The notes under the pieces: generated by a model
What the model was told of the DNA's origin: nothing
The model's input: only the letters and a program-made list of their open reading frames with translations
The model's database searches: none
Part shown: piece after piece, positions 19,786 through 29,859 of the stretch
Layout of the letters: each line of letters starts with the position of its first letter
How positions within the stretch are numbered: the first letter of the stretch is position 1
From: an uncultured Spirochaetota bacterium
GTDB taxonomy: Bacteria; Spirochaetota; Spirochaetia; SZUA-6; Fen-1364
Assembly (NCBI GenBank): GCA_963781885.1
Contig: CAWAHW010000006.1
Coordinates: 128,001-192,000 of the forward strand
Direction of reading: 5' to 3'
DNA length: 64,000 nucleotides
Translations under genes and position numbers: made by a program

Positions 19786-19982
19786 TCCGCAACAAGGTGC
19801 ATGAGCTGCGCGTCCAGGCGGGGTTGACGCAGGAGGAGCTTGCGCGACGACTCATGGTGACCCGGCAGACCATCATCTCTCTTGAAAAGAACAGGTATGT
19901 CCCTTCCCTCGAGATGGGGTTCAAGGTCGCCCGGGCATTCGGCAGGAGCATCGAGCAGGTCTTCGAGCATCGCGAAAAATAG
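19782..19982 (+). CDS. Small XRE-family HTH regulator
   Basis: RNKVHELR...LTQEELA...VTRQTIISLEKNRYVPSL; GTG start overlaps the upstream stop. Confidence 0.88.
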   Translation: MIRNKVHELRVQAGLTQEELARRLMVTRQTIISLEKNRYVPSLEMGFKVARAFGRSIEQVFEHREK

Positions 19983-20056
19983 CGGTCGGATCCGGCCGCT
20001 GCCGGTCGTTGACTTCTGCTTTTCTTCACCATATAGTCCGGCGCATTCAAGGTGGC

Positions 20057-22589
20057 ATGATGAAAAAGAAAGTTCTTCTCGTCGCGCTCTATCTCCAGTC
20101 CATGCTCGTGTTTCCCCAGGCGGCAACCAGCGTCATCCATGGCAAGGTTACGGCGGACGGGCCCGTTGCCAACGCCAATGTCGGGATCAAGGAAACCGGC
20201 GAGCTTGCCACCACCGACGCGAACGGGCTCTTCTCACTGGAGACAACCTCTCTGGGAAAGGTCACCCTGGTCGTGACGGCCATGGGCTTCGACGCGTATG
20301 AAAGGGCGCTCACGCTGCCCTTCACGGAGGAGATCGACATACGCCTGCAGAAGCAGACCGTGGAGATGGAGGCCATCCACGTGGAAGCGCCGCGCGTGCC
20401 CACGCCGGACCAGACGGCGACCATCGACACCGTGCCCAAGGAACAGATCAAGAACGAGCCCACGGCGGGGGATCCATTCGCCGTCGTGGACCAGGAGGAG
20501 GGAGTCGTCCCGCCGGACCAGCTCAGCGATCCGGGGTATGCGGTCTCGTCGCTCACCCTGAGCCTTTCGGACACGGGGCGTTCCACATACTCCGTCTACG
20601 GCGCCGACAGCGATTTCAATACCTACTATTATGATTACATCCGCATCCCTTTCAACGAGCACGCCGGTGTCGATACCCCCGTGATTCCGGTGGAGGCGGT
20701 GTCATCCATGGATATCACCAAGGGCATCGCTCCGCTGGATTTCGGTCCGGGCATCGGCGGCTTTTTCCGCGCCATACCGGATTCCAGCTTCACGAAGGAT
20801 TCCACGGTGCTCCTCACTCCCAGCTCGAACCAGGTCGGTGTCATCTGGAAGAAGAGATTCTCACCGCAAAGCGGCCTGCTCCTCTCCGCGACAAAGTCCC
20901 TGACGGAGCTCACCTCGCCGGTTTTCATCTGGGCCTACAAGTACCTGTTCGACTCCATGGGCCTCCCGATCTTCACGGCATCGCCGGTCCTCATCCCCTC
21001 CTATGGCGACCTTCTCCTGCGCTATTTCACCAGCGTCAATTCCCAGACGCTCTCTCTCGATGCGCTGGGCTACTACGACTGGTCGCGCAGCGCGCTGGAC
21101 ATGCTGGGCAACTACGACGAATCGTCACAAACGTTCCCCTGGTACGGCGCGGTGGGCTTCCACTGGACCGCGCCGCCGGCGCCGTCCGTGCTCAACGACG
21201 CGAGCGCTTACGCATCCATGTACATGCGCACCGGGACCGCCGACATGAACATGGACCTGGAGAGCTTCGTCAACTCCGTTGCCGGGCTGTACAACATCGA
21301 CCCGCAGGCGATGATGGCGGAGCTCCAGGGTGACGTGGTGAACGCGCACATGCACGAGGTGCCGACCATGCAGATCACGAGCTTCGAAGGAAAGGATGCG
21401 GTGTCCTTTTTTCCATCGGATGCAACCAGCCTGACGGTGGGCCTGGACGGGCGCTACTCCATCCTGAGCGGCAGCTATGAGGCGAACACCGACCTCAATA
21501 TCCAGATGTTTGGCGTCTCCATGTCGGAGAAGTATACGGTGCCTCTTTTCGTGATCAATGAGAATGTCGCGAAGATCAACGCCTTCGCGTCCGTGGACAC
21601 CCAGGTGGCGCCGTTCGATCTGCGCGCGAGCGCGGCGTACACGTGGTTTCCCCTCCACGGCTTTTCCGCGCCGTCCCTGGACGGGGAAGTGTCCTGGAGC
21701 GGCGCCGGCGGGTGGAGCGCGTCGCTGCGCACGGGGTGGTCCGTCGGCGCCTACGACGAGTTCGCCTACCTGGAGCGCCGGATGAACGAAGCGGTGCTGG
21801 GACTGTCCCAGACATCCTCCTATTCAAACCTTCCCTCGTCCGTGGCGGCAATGGGCAAGGTGATCTATTCGCCCAGCAAGACCTCCAGCCTCGTGTTCGA
21901 GCCCTATTTCTCCTGGTACTACAACCTGTCCGGTCTTGCCCTGTACGCGTCGTACCTCGATCCCTACAGGACGGGCGCGGACGCGCGTGACCTTGTGTCC
22001 ATCACGGAGACGCTGGACCCCGACGTCGGTTTTTCCGCGGGCGCGGGCCTGTCCTGGCGGTACACGCAGGCCGGCACCCACTGGGAGCTCAGCTACATCC
22101 CGTCTCTCACCATGTACCACAGCCGAAACCCCGGGACGGACCCGTGGTTCTACCCGAACAATGACGTGCGCCACGTCCTGAAAAGCACCTGCTCTTTCAC
22201 ACTGCCCGGCAACAACCTGCTCTCCGCTTCCCTGGACTTCTACATGGACAAGCCGTTCACCCCGGAGGTCGTGGTGGACCCGACGAACGGGACGCTTGCC
22301 AAGCAGGCTTTCAACAGCGCGCGGGACCTCGTGCCCCGGTTCACGCTGGGCGTGAAGTGGGAAAGGGATTCCGAAGCTCTTCGGCCTTCCGGGGCGCTAC
22401 GAGATCAACTGCCGGAACATTCTGGCGTTCCTGGATCCCGAGCTTATCGGCATGAAGCAGGACAGCCTGTCGGTGCAGGGCGCGTCCACGAGCGATTTCG
22501 CCAACAGGAACTACACGTTTCTGCGGACGGACCTCTTCGATATCCTTCAGAACATGGAGATCGAGATCGGAGGAACCTACTCACTCTGA
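20057..22589 (+). CDS. TonB-dependent receptor-like outer-membrane protein (apparent frameshift near 22372)
   Basis: Signal peptide, carboxypeptidase-regulatory-like N-domain (TTDANGLFSL), plug-like region, barrel-like strands; shifted frame ends EIEIGGTYSL-TGA overlapping the tonB ATG. Confidence 0.75.
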
Positions 22590-23335
22590 TGCGACCTGCG
22601 CGGGATCGGCTTCTTCTCGGGACGGCCATCCTCGTTTCGCTGGCGCTGCACGCCGCCCTTGTCGTGATCCACGTTCCCGCCGCGGAAAGGGCGCCGTCCG
22701 TTTCCCTCGAGGTCGTGCCGGTGGACCTGAACGCGGATGCAGACGATGTTCCCATGGCCGGTGGTCCGCCCGCCGCCCGGCAGGACCTGCCGCCGGAGCG
22801 CGCGGAGGAAACGACGCCTCCCGCGTCCCCTCCGCCGCAGGAAATCGCCGACATTCCGGAAGTGACGCCCCCGCCCGAGGCCGCGCCCGCGCCCGAAAGC
22901 CCCGCACCGGAAAGCCCCGCGCCCGAAAGCGCCGCCGACACCACACCTGCCGCCGCGGTCACTCCGGACCTCGTGGAGATCCCGAAGGAGGCCGTTGCAA
23001 GCGGCGGCGTCTCCGGCGGCACGGGGCTTCCGGGCGGGGGCGCGTCGGTCACCGGGGCGGAAACGGGCGGTTCTTCCGCGCAGGCGCCGGCATCGAAGGA
23101 ACGGCACTATATACCGTACTTCACCGTTGACCGGCCGCCCCGGGCCGTCACGCAGGCCGCGCTTATCTACCCCTACCAGGCCCGACGGAGGAACCTTGAA
23201 GGCACGGTGGTGCTGGAGGCGGACATCGATGAGACGGGGAAAGTGCAGGCGGTCCGGGTGGTGAAGGCCGCCGGCTTCGGATTCGACGAGGCGGCGGTGA
23301 CGTACATCAAGGGGTCGACGTTCACGCCCGCCTAA
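22589..23335 (+). pseudogene. tonB: Energy transducer TonB, 5' part, truncated by prophage insertion
   Basis: TM with SLALH motif, Pro-rich linker, YPYQARRRNLEGTVVL...GFGFDEAA...FTPA, then a TAA created at the junction. Confidence 0.9.
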
Positions 23336-23360
23336 GTAGAATATATCTATTATTACCCCA
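23311..23360. other. Left prophage junction (attL-type); crossover TA at 23333-23334
   Basis: Abrupt GC-to-AT shift; CTATTATTACCCCA (23347-23360) is the exact inverse of 60190-60203. Confidence 0.9.
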
Positions 23361-23418
23361 ATGAATTTAGGGCTTGATACCCAATTTGGACTTTTCAAAC
23401 ATAAAAACGTCGAACAAC

Positions 23419-23613
23419 TTATTCTGCTTTACCTCGGCCAAAACAAGGAGCTTGAAGTCGGCGAGGTTCAGGGGCAGGAGAGTGGGTTGTCAATTGTTCG
23501 TACCGCGAAAAAGCTTCGTCGAGTAAGCGATCTTTTGAGGCTTGTGAGAGATCGAGATCGGTCAACGATATCAGGTTATCGTTCATAAAAACTATCATAT
23601 CGGTCCGCGTCAT
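23419..23613 (-). CDS. Small hypothetical phage protein next to the left junction
   Basis: AAGGAG RBS before ATG (MTRTDM); last gene of the leftward early cluster. Confidence 0.45.
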   Translation of the reverse strand: MTRTDMIVFMNDNLISLTDLDLSQASKDRLLDEAFSRYEQLTTHSPAPEPRRLQAPCFGRGKAE

Positions 23614-23683
23614 CAGGTGTTCTCCTTTCACTTCTCTATGCTGCCAAGCCTATCATACCCCTACGGATGCCGACATACAAACT

Positions 23684-24046
23684 TCAGTCTTCGCCCTCGA
23701 CCATTATAGTCAGAACTGGATCGGGTGTGTCCCCGGGTCCGCACCATCCCCAAAGTTCAACTTCCTGCAAACCCCCTTCCTGCTGGTAGGCAACTTTGAA
23801 ATGAACTTCCTGGCTGTTGGTCTTCTTGGCCACGACGGCAAACAAACAGAGAGTGTCCCACAGCCTGCCCATTACGCTCTGTCCGCTCTTCTCAGGGAAT
23901 GTTGAAAGCAAGGCCCATACTCTTGCGGTCACAGCCGTCGGCCATTTGATCCCTACTTCCTTTGCCAATGTGGTCACATCCACGAGGGTGCCATCTGCCA
24001 GTGCTTGTGCTCTGGTATAGGAATAGATGACATCCCATTCATCCAT
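23684..24046 (-). CDS. DUF6573-like phage protein
   Basis: VIYSYTRAQALADGTLVDVT, GRLWD, GPGDTPDPVLTIM match this family as I recall it. Confidence 0.7.
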   Translation of the reverse strand: MDEWDVIYSYTRAQALADGTLVDVTTLAKEVGIKWPTAVTARVWALLSTFPEKSGQSVMGRLWDTLCLFAVVAKKTNSQEVHFKVAYQQEGGLQEVELWGWCGPGDTPDPVLTIMVEGED

Positions 24047-24209
24047 CAGCCATTCCCTCATCAGCTGCGATCTGATCCACCATCTCCGAGGGAGCCATTC
24101 CACTCTCATAGAAGTCAGCATAGAGTTGGTCGGGCAGATCGTGGATGGAAACGCCGTACTTCTGCTCCATCAACTCATCCACCTTCTCCATCCACTGGTC
24201 GAAGTTCAT
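24039..24209 (-). CDS. 56-aa acidic hypothetical protein (absent from the ORF track)
   Basis: MNFDQWMEKVDELMEQKYGVSIHDLPDQLYADFYESG...; overlaps the ssb stop and the next start. Confidence 0.6.
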   Translation of the reverse strand: MNFDQWMEKVDELMEQKYGVSIHDLPDQLYADFYESGMAPSEMVDQIAADEGMADG

Positions 24210-24538
24210 TTCAAGTCCTTCTCCTTTGCCCCTTTCCTTTGCGGTTTGAACTCAACGTGCTCAGCCACGATCACCACTTTCTCTGTTTCTTGTTTGAGGC
24301 GTCCAACGACTCGCACTCCGCGGCCCTTCTTTAGGTGTTCAGCGCAGACTTCAGCAAGCCGAAGATGAGTATCAACCGCGAAGTAGAAGACCTCCTCTAC
24401 GAGGTCTTGGCCTTCAACCTTGACGGTCCGATAGTTTTCAAGTTTGAACCGACAGACGGCTGCACCTTTCTCGGTGTAGGACAACTCTGGATCGCTAACC
24501 AGGAAGCCTTCCAAAAGGACGCTATTCAAATTATTCAT
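24206..24538 (-). CDS. ssb: Single-stranded DNA-binding protein (short, no acidic tail)
   Basis: LNSVLLEGFLVSDPEL, LAEVCAEHLKKGRGVRVVGRLKQ, IVAEHVEFK. Confidence 0.88.
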   Translation of the reverse strand: MNNLNSVLLEGFLVSDPELSYTEKGAAVCRFKLENYRTVKVEGQDLVEEVFYFAVDTHLRLAEVCAEHLKKGRGVRVVGRLKQETEKVVIVAEHVEFKPQRKGAKEKDLK

Positions 24539-24732
24539 CTGCCCCTCCTCTTATTTTTTATTGTATAAAAGTGGGGGGTAGATAGGTAAACAAAAGGGCT
24601 GAGTCGCGGCAGGTTGAAGTTCTATTTTCGCTATTGAGTCTTGAAGTATTTGCGGTTGTACCCCACTATTAGACCTTCAACCAAGGTTCTGTGTTGATGA
24701 AACACTGTAGTTGGCCTTAGGGAGGCAAACAA

Positions 24733-25421
24733 TTGCAGATAAAAAGTTTCTTCAAGAGCGCAGGCGGAGTATTGGTAGTTGTAGTTCTGATTGCGGCCTA
24801 CTTCTTAGGCGTGGGTTACAGCTTCTATCGTTTTGGCGTCGGCGAAGGCTTAACAACCATATCTGCACCTCCATATGCTTGGTTTAGAGCCGCCTCTATT
24901 ATCTGGACGCCACCCAAGTGGAAAGAAGACTGGGATCTAAACACAGGCAACCTGGCATTTGTTCTCATTTATGATGATGGATCAGATGCTTCAACTACAT
25001 ACAAGTTTCGTCAGTATGAAGATGACCTGAAGAAGTGGCTAAACACAGTGCCTGCCTCTGTTCGGAAAGGTCTTAGGGCAGACGCAACCGGACTGTGTAA
25101 CGCCTATCTCGCATATGGTGAACAACTTATTAACAGATTAATTCGGATGAAAAATGCGGGCGACCTTGACATCATTTTCAAGTCACAGTCTGTTCAAGAG
25201 TCTGTTGACGTGTTCAAACATCAAAAGGGCTTCTCAGATGTATGGGAGAAGTTTAGAACCCAACAGATGACAGCGGTGGCAGCGCTAAATGATCAACTCA
25301 GCAAACTTGGCGACACGAGTTCCCTGAATTAACAACCACTCTACGCGATAGTTTCCAAGCAGGCAAGAAGCAGTTTGAAGCGAGAATAGACTCTTACTTC
25401 TCTCCAGTACCAGGACAGTAG
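24733..25421 (+). CDS. Membrane-anchored hypothetical protein (moron-like; apparent frameshift near 25322)
   Basis: GGAGG RBS, TTG start, N-terminal TM; shifted frame continues to TAG at 25421. Confidence 0.55.
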
Positions 25422-25976
25422 ATGTGTGACATACTTCAGCACTACGGTTCTTTTATCTCTGGTCTTCTTGGCTTTAGCGGCATCATTTTGACTCTAATCA
25501 TTCAGAGAGCTGCCAGAACCGTCAATATGCACGTGAAGATGAGAAGTCTCAAAGAGAGCTGCTAGGAAGCTAAGGCAGAAGAACTGCTTTACACACTGGA
25601 AATGCTGGACATTGCACGGGAGGAAATAACGAGGAACACGAGCATTTTTGATGAAAAGAGCGGTCAACGTCCTGCGAGGAAGGCTGCACAGAAGTGTGAA
25701 GTCCTGATGCAGTACTACTTTCCCTTTCTTTTGTCAAACGAACTTAGTCCAACTGAAATACTGGCTAAATGGAACAACGAATGGAGCGAACTTGATAAGA
25801 AGGCTTTGGCCGGAGAGATAAAAACCCCTCAGCACCTTGTGGACGAGAGGAAGCGACTATTACGGGAAGCCGAGACAACATCCAATAAGTTTCAAGAACA
25901 GTTCTTGAAGATGGACCTGTATCAGAAAAAGAAGGCTTGGGGACAGGAACAAAAGAAGCTCCCTCAAAGCCGATAG
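25422..25976 (+). CDS. Hypothetical protein with N-terminal TM and helical domain (apparent frameshifts in the 5' third)
   Basis: MCDILQHYGSFISGLLGFSGIILTLII joined to ORF 25602..25976. Confidence 0.45.
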
Positions 25977-26161
25977 GTTTTCATCTTACTAGCTTCGATC
26001 ACCGCGTCCAGTACAGCATCATCTGAAAGTACATTATCGACATACCAGTCGATCATCCGTCCAACAGAGCATCCGTTCTGACGGGCGAGGTTGTTCAACT
26101 TGTCGATATTCTCAGGCTTCATTCTGATCTGAAGAAACTTTCTCATTAGCTTATCTTTCAC
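25964..26161 (-). CDS. Small ribbon-helix-helix-like DNA-binding protein
   Basis: FLQIRMKPENIDKLNNLARQNGCSVGRMI strand-helix-helix pattern. Confidence 0.55.
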   Translation of the reverse strand: MKDKLMRKFLQIRMKPENIDKLNNLARQNGCSVGRMIDWYVDNVLSDDAVLDAVIEASKMKTYRL

Positions 26162-26164
26162 ACC

Positions 26165-26193
26165 AAAAAAGAGCGGCTACCGATCAGCCGCTC
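26165..26193 (-). terminator. Intrinsic terminator
   Basis: GAGCGGCT/AGCCGCTC stem followed by T6 on the minus strand. Confidence 0.7.
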
Positions 26194-26455
26194 AGTCGTT
26201 ATTTTGGCAGATGCTCACTTCCGCTTCGGTTTGAGCACAAGGATGATCGTCCGTGGTGCTATCTCCTGCCCAACTTCCAGAATCCTCGTCATTGAACGCC
26301 GCATCCTCTTTCACAACTACTCGGGTACATCTGAATTCGTCCAGCTTGTGTGAATAACGTGCCATACTGATCGCGCTTGTTTTGTTGTCTGTTCCGCTCT
26401 CCATCGTGAGACTTGTATCCTCACTGACCCGATATACGTTGAACCTTGCCATCAC
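26192..26455 (-). CDS. Hypothetical phage protein
   Basis: 87-aa ORF with GAGGAG RBS in the leftward early cluster. Confidence 0.5.
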   Translation of the reverse strand: MMARFNVYRVSEDTSLTMESGTDNKTSAISMARYSHKLDEFRCTRVVVKEDAAFNDEDSGSWAGDSTTDDHPCAQTEAEVSICQNND

Positions 26456-26639
26456 TTCTGCTCCTCTTCGATGAAAGTCCGATGTCCTGGTCGCCCAACC
26501 GCTCGATAGATGTGGATGTGGTCGTCATCCACCAGGTAATACACAATGGTCTTCTGGACTGTCTGCTTGCTCATCCTTTGCCTCCCATTTCAAAAGAGCA
26601 GCCTTCTTAAGGGCTGCTCTTCTCTGTCCAGGCCATCGC

Positions 26640-27354
26640 TTACTTGCCTGCCCTTTCCTTCCTGACGATCTCCTTGGCCTTCTCTCCCAGTTCCTTCTTG
26701 GTGAGCCTCGGTTTCTTGGTCTCGACCTTGACCTCTTCGGTCTTGGTCTCGGCTTCCTTTGTGTCGGTCTCGGCCTTCTCCACTGCCGTGGAAAGCCTTC
26801 GGCTTCTTGGTCGCCTTCAAGGTCTCCTGCTCCTTGGCCTTCGTGACCATCAGTTCGGAGCATTCTGAGCAGAAGTTCTCTGGATGAGCCGAGGCTCCAG
26901 CCGCTTCCCTATAGCTCTTATGGAAGCTGACCTTTTGGTGAGTCTCGCACCTGGCAGCCCAGACGTATTTGGTATCTGGCACTGCCACTCCTGCCTTCTC
27001 GTGGTCGGTGATCTGAGAGGCATTCCAAAGCGTGACCTCCGTGCCCCACTTGGTCTTGTGTCGGCCAATCAGACCTTCGATCCCGTCCCAGGCATTGATC
27101 TTGTTGAACTTCCTAACCTTAGCCTCCTCCTTCGTCGGCTGTTCCAGAGCCTCCTTCGGGTTCTTGGCCTCCTGAGCGGTCTGCTGAGGCGCCTCAACGG
27201 TCGCCGGTGTCGCCACGTCCGTCTTCACGGGCTCGGCCTGTTCGGTGCCTTGCGGGCGATGCAGCTTGAGCTGATCGGACGCCTTCCTGATCCCTGGCTT
27301 CTTCGTTGCCTTTGCCATCTCGGAACCCTCCATCTCTTCTGTCTTCCTGCTCAT
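26640..27354 (-). CDS. Lys/Glu-rich hypothetical early protein with CxxH...CxxC motif (apparent frameshift near 26775)
   Basis: WAARCETH...HPENFCSEC; shifted frame gives EAETKTEEVKVETKKP...AGK-stop. Confidence 0.55.
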
Positions 27355-27439
27355 CTGCTACACGAGCAGCTATGCGAGCAGGTAAGACATAGTTGTGATC
27401 GCTTTTGGCTTATTCACGACTTATTCATCAACAAACTCT

Positions 27440-27467
27440 ATTATATCCATTTTCTCTAAGTTGTACA
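27440..27467 (-). promoter_or_regulatory. Putative leftward early promoter
   Basis: Minus strand TGTACA, 16 bp, TATAAT upstream of the first leftward gene. Confidence 0.5.
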
Positions 27468-27548
27468 TAAAAACGTTTCCATTTTTAGCAGAACGTTTTC
27501 GTGTTGCCTGGAATTAGGTTTTGGTGATGAAAAAGAGGTGAGCTAAAA

Positions 27549-27668
27549 AGTTGTGAGCATTTTAGGAGCAAGTTGTGAGCGAGTTATGAGCAAGCAACCA
27601 GCGACTACTTATTCGACCGCCGTATAGTCATTCATCCGTATGTTCAGTCATTATCCGTATTTTCAGTC
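27549..27668. repeat. Short phased direct repeats in the large non-coding region
   Basis: GAGC at 27555, 27566, 27577, 27588 (11-bp period; AGTT(G/A)TGAGC x3); ATCCGTAT(G/T)TTCAGTC at 27634 and 27653. Confidence 0.7.
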
Positions 27669-27978
27669 GTTTCATATATATGAAGAGGTCGGACGGCTTA
27701 CTGGTCTTCATCCCGTCAGGGATGTAAGTCCAGATCTCTCCCTACCTGAGACCCGATCCCCTCGTGTGTGGCGGCGAGAGCAGGACTGAGGTTCAGCGTG
27801 AGTGTGTGACGGCGGCCCCCTGCTGATGGTCTGGCTCAAGCGTGGCAAGGGACTCGGAAGTGGTCAGGGGGGTGATACTGGTCTTCATATAAACTTCTGT
27901 TCGTATCCCGGAGTAGCCTGCCCCGGGGGAGGCATTGCCTCCCACCCCAGAGCCATCCCAGCCGAATAGAGATGACTA

Positions 27979-28423
27979 CTAAAGATCAGCGATGATTTGG
28001 CTGACGAATCCGGATGTGTCGTTTATTTGCTCCTCGGCTAGATGGGCCAGATCTCTCAGCAGCTTTTGGATAACCTCCAAATGAATGCCTTCAACAACTG
28101 ATGGCCGCGCTTCAGGTTTCGGCTGCAAGGCAAGGTAGAAAGTTGTCTCAAGAACCTTTACCAATGGCTCAATACAAAAAAGAAACATCCTACCACCAGA
28201 AGGTGGTCTGACAGAGTATGATTTTGACTTGTCGAGCCTCAACTCAAAGTTTATGTCACCAGTTGTGCGACGACTCATCGACCTCTTTCCTTGCCATAGT
28301 TCTGAATGAAGTCGTATAGAAGAGGGTTGTCTGAGGTGTCCAAAGAAGAAGTCGATGCCACTCCAGCTTCTTCTCCTTTGTAGCCTCGATAAGCTTCTGA
28401 ACGAATTTGTCAACGTCCGTCAT
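27979..28423 (-). CDS. Hypothetical protein (apparent frameshifts; probable true start MTDVDKFVQKLIEAT)
   Basis: ATG at 28423 overlaps the upstream TGA, preceded by AGGAG; C-terminal part in the ORF track. Confidence 0.5.
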
Positions 28424-28917
28424 CACTGCACCTCTCCTATGCGCTTATCAAACATACTCACCACATAACCGTACCAGCCAACGAACCTGCCATTTTCCCT
28501 TTTGAAGTACTTGTCCAAAGTATTGTAGTTTCGAGATCTGGTATCCATCCTCTTGAAGGCTTGGATGCACGACCACAGCCGAAGACGATCAAACCAACCG
28601 AACAGCTTTCGATATCTCTGTAGTAGCTGGGCGTTAGTGTAGACTTGGCCTATCACGTTTGCATCAACAATGTTTGAACCGACCGAGAAGGCCAGCGTTT
28701 TTTGAAGACTCTGCACTCTCGAGATGCGAAGCTCATTGAAGTCCCGAATATCCGAAAACCTCAGCAAGCGCCTGCGGACTTTTGATGCAACAACCAAGGT
28801 AGCGAACGAGACAAGCAGACCAACGATGCTTGCCCAATTAGCGAGACTCCCGAAATTCTCGGTCATCCACTTCCAAGCCATATATCGATCAGACGTGAGC
28901 CTATCATAGGCTTTCAA
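28423..28917 (-). CDS. Hypothetical protein with N-terminal TM helix (moron-like)
   Basis: LANWASIVGLLVSFATLVVA followed by a basic helical region. Confidence 0.55.
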   Translation of the reverse strand: MKAYDRLTSDRYMAWKWMTENFGSLANWASIVGLLVSFATLVVASKVRRRLLRFSDIRDFNELRISRVQSLQKTLAFSVGSNIVDANVIGQVYTNAQLLQRYRKLFGWFDRLRLWSCIQAFKRMDTRSRNYNTLDKYFKRENGRFVGWYGYVVSMFDKRIGEVQ

Positions 28918-29235
28918 GATAGAAAAGGTCGCACGCTGACTTGTATTCGCACTGCTTGACCAACTGCAACTACATCACTCTTCTTCATCTCTCTGAAGGA
29001 TCGTATTACAAACACCTATTCTCACATCGAAGTTTCACCCTTGCATATTTCATCACAAAGATAAGTCTATGACCACAGCACAAGAAGCCAAGAAATTATT
29101 GTTGGACGCCGTTTGCTTGAACTGCGAGTTTTGGACACCAACAGGCAAAGGCCCGTGGTACTGCAAACTGACCGGACGAAGCCAAACATCGTGATGATAG
29201 TTGCATCGAATGGGAGGAGTTTGAAGGAAACAAGA

Positions 29236-29859
29236 ATGCATATGGACGGCAAGCCATCCGCTCCTACTACTGAAGGCCAGAAGCAGACCATCCTTTCAAA
29301 CCGAGAGAATCAATACGTAGATGATCCCGAGAAGCAGTCTCGTGTTGGTGAGTGGCTGAGAGACTGTCTGACCGTAGCAGAGGCAAAAGGTTGTCTCGGC
29401 GTTCCAGGTCTCTCAGAAGACGTGAAGGTAGAGACCTTTGCCGATGCTTTTCCAGAAGATCACTATGTTCAGTCCTATCAGGCCACTCCCACTCCGCAGA
29501 ACCGGAACAAACTCCTCTTTCACATTGCCATTGCCGAGAAGCAGCTACCAGTTGCCTCGACCTTCGCACTCTATGGGCTCACGTCCGAGAGGCTCCTTAC
29601 GAAGTTGGCTCGACACGTTGACAGCAACAAAGATGATGTCTCCCTCAAGGCAATAGAACTCGCACTCAAATACATCCATCCAACAGAGAAACCCATCCGC
29701 GTTTACAAGCAAAACAATACTCAGATCAATGTGCAAGACGACGCCCGCAAGAAAGAACTCATAGACAGGATCTTAGCGCAGCAAACAAAAGGTTTACAGA
29801 AAGTTGGACCAAAAGGACCTCCGTCTTACGACGAACGAGTTATGGAACCTAACGCCTGA
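29236..29859 (+). CDS. Probable terminase small subunit
   Basis: Immediately upstream of and overlapping terL; helical VSLKAIELALK and NNTQINV tail typical of TerS-like proteins. Confidence 0.5.
   Translation: MHMDGKPSAPTTEGQKQTILSNRENQYVDDPEKQSRVGEWLRDCLTVAEAKGCLGVPGLSEDVKVETFADAFPEDHYVQSYQATPTPQNRNKLLFHIAIAEKQLPVASTFALYGLTSERLLTKLARHVDSNKDDVSLKAIELALKYIHPTEKPIRVYKQNNTQINVQDDARKKELIDRILAQQTKGLQKVGPKGPPSYDERVMEPNA

Noticed and set aside
22888-22932. 15-bp tandem repeat (APESP x3)
   Set aside because: Ordinary Pro-rich TonB periplasmic linker.
20009-23335. 1108-aa receptor-TonB fusion in the ORF track
   Set aside because: An indel near 22372 causes it. The other frame gives a proper barrel end (EIGGTYSL-TGA) overlapping a tonB ATG, followed by its own TM/SLALH motif.
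23300-23400. tRNA gene or long direct repeat as attachment site
   Set aside because: No cloverleaf seen at either junction. Only a 2-bp shared core exists, as expected for a serine integrase.
27549-27668. CRISPR array
   Set aside because: Repeats are 10-16 bp with no unique ~30-bp spacers, and there are no cas genes.
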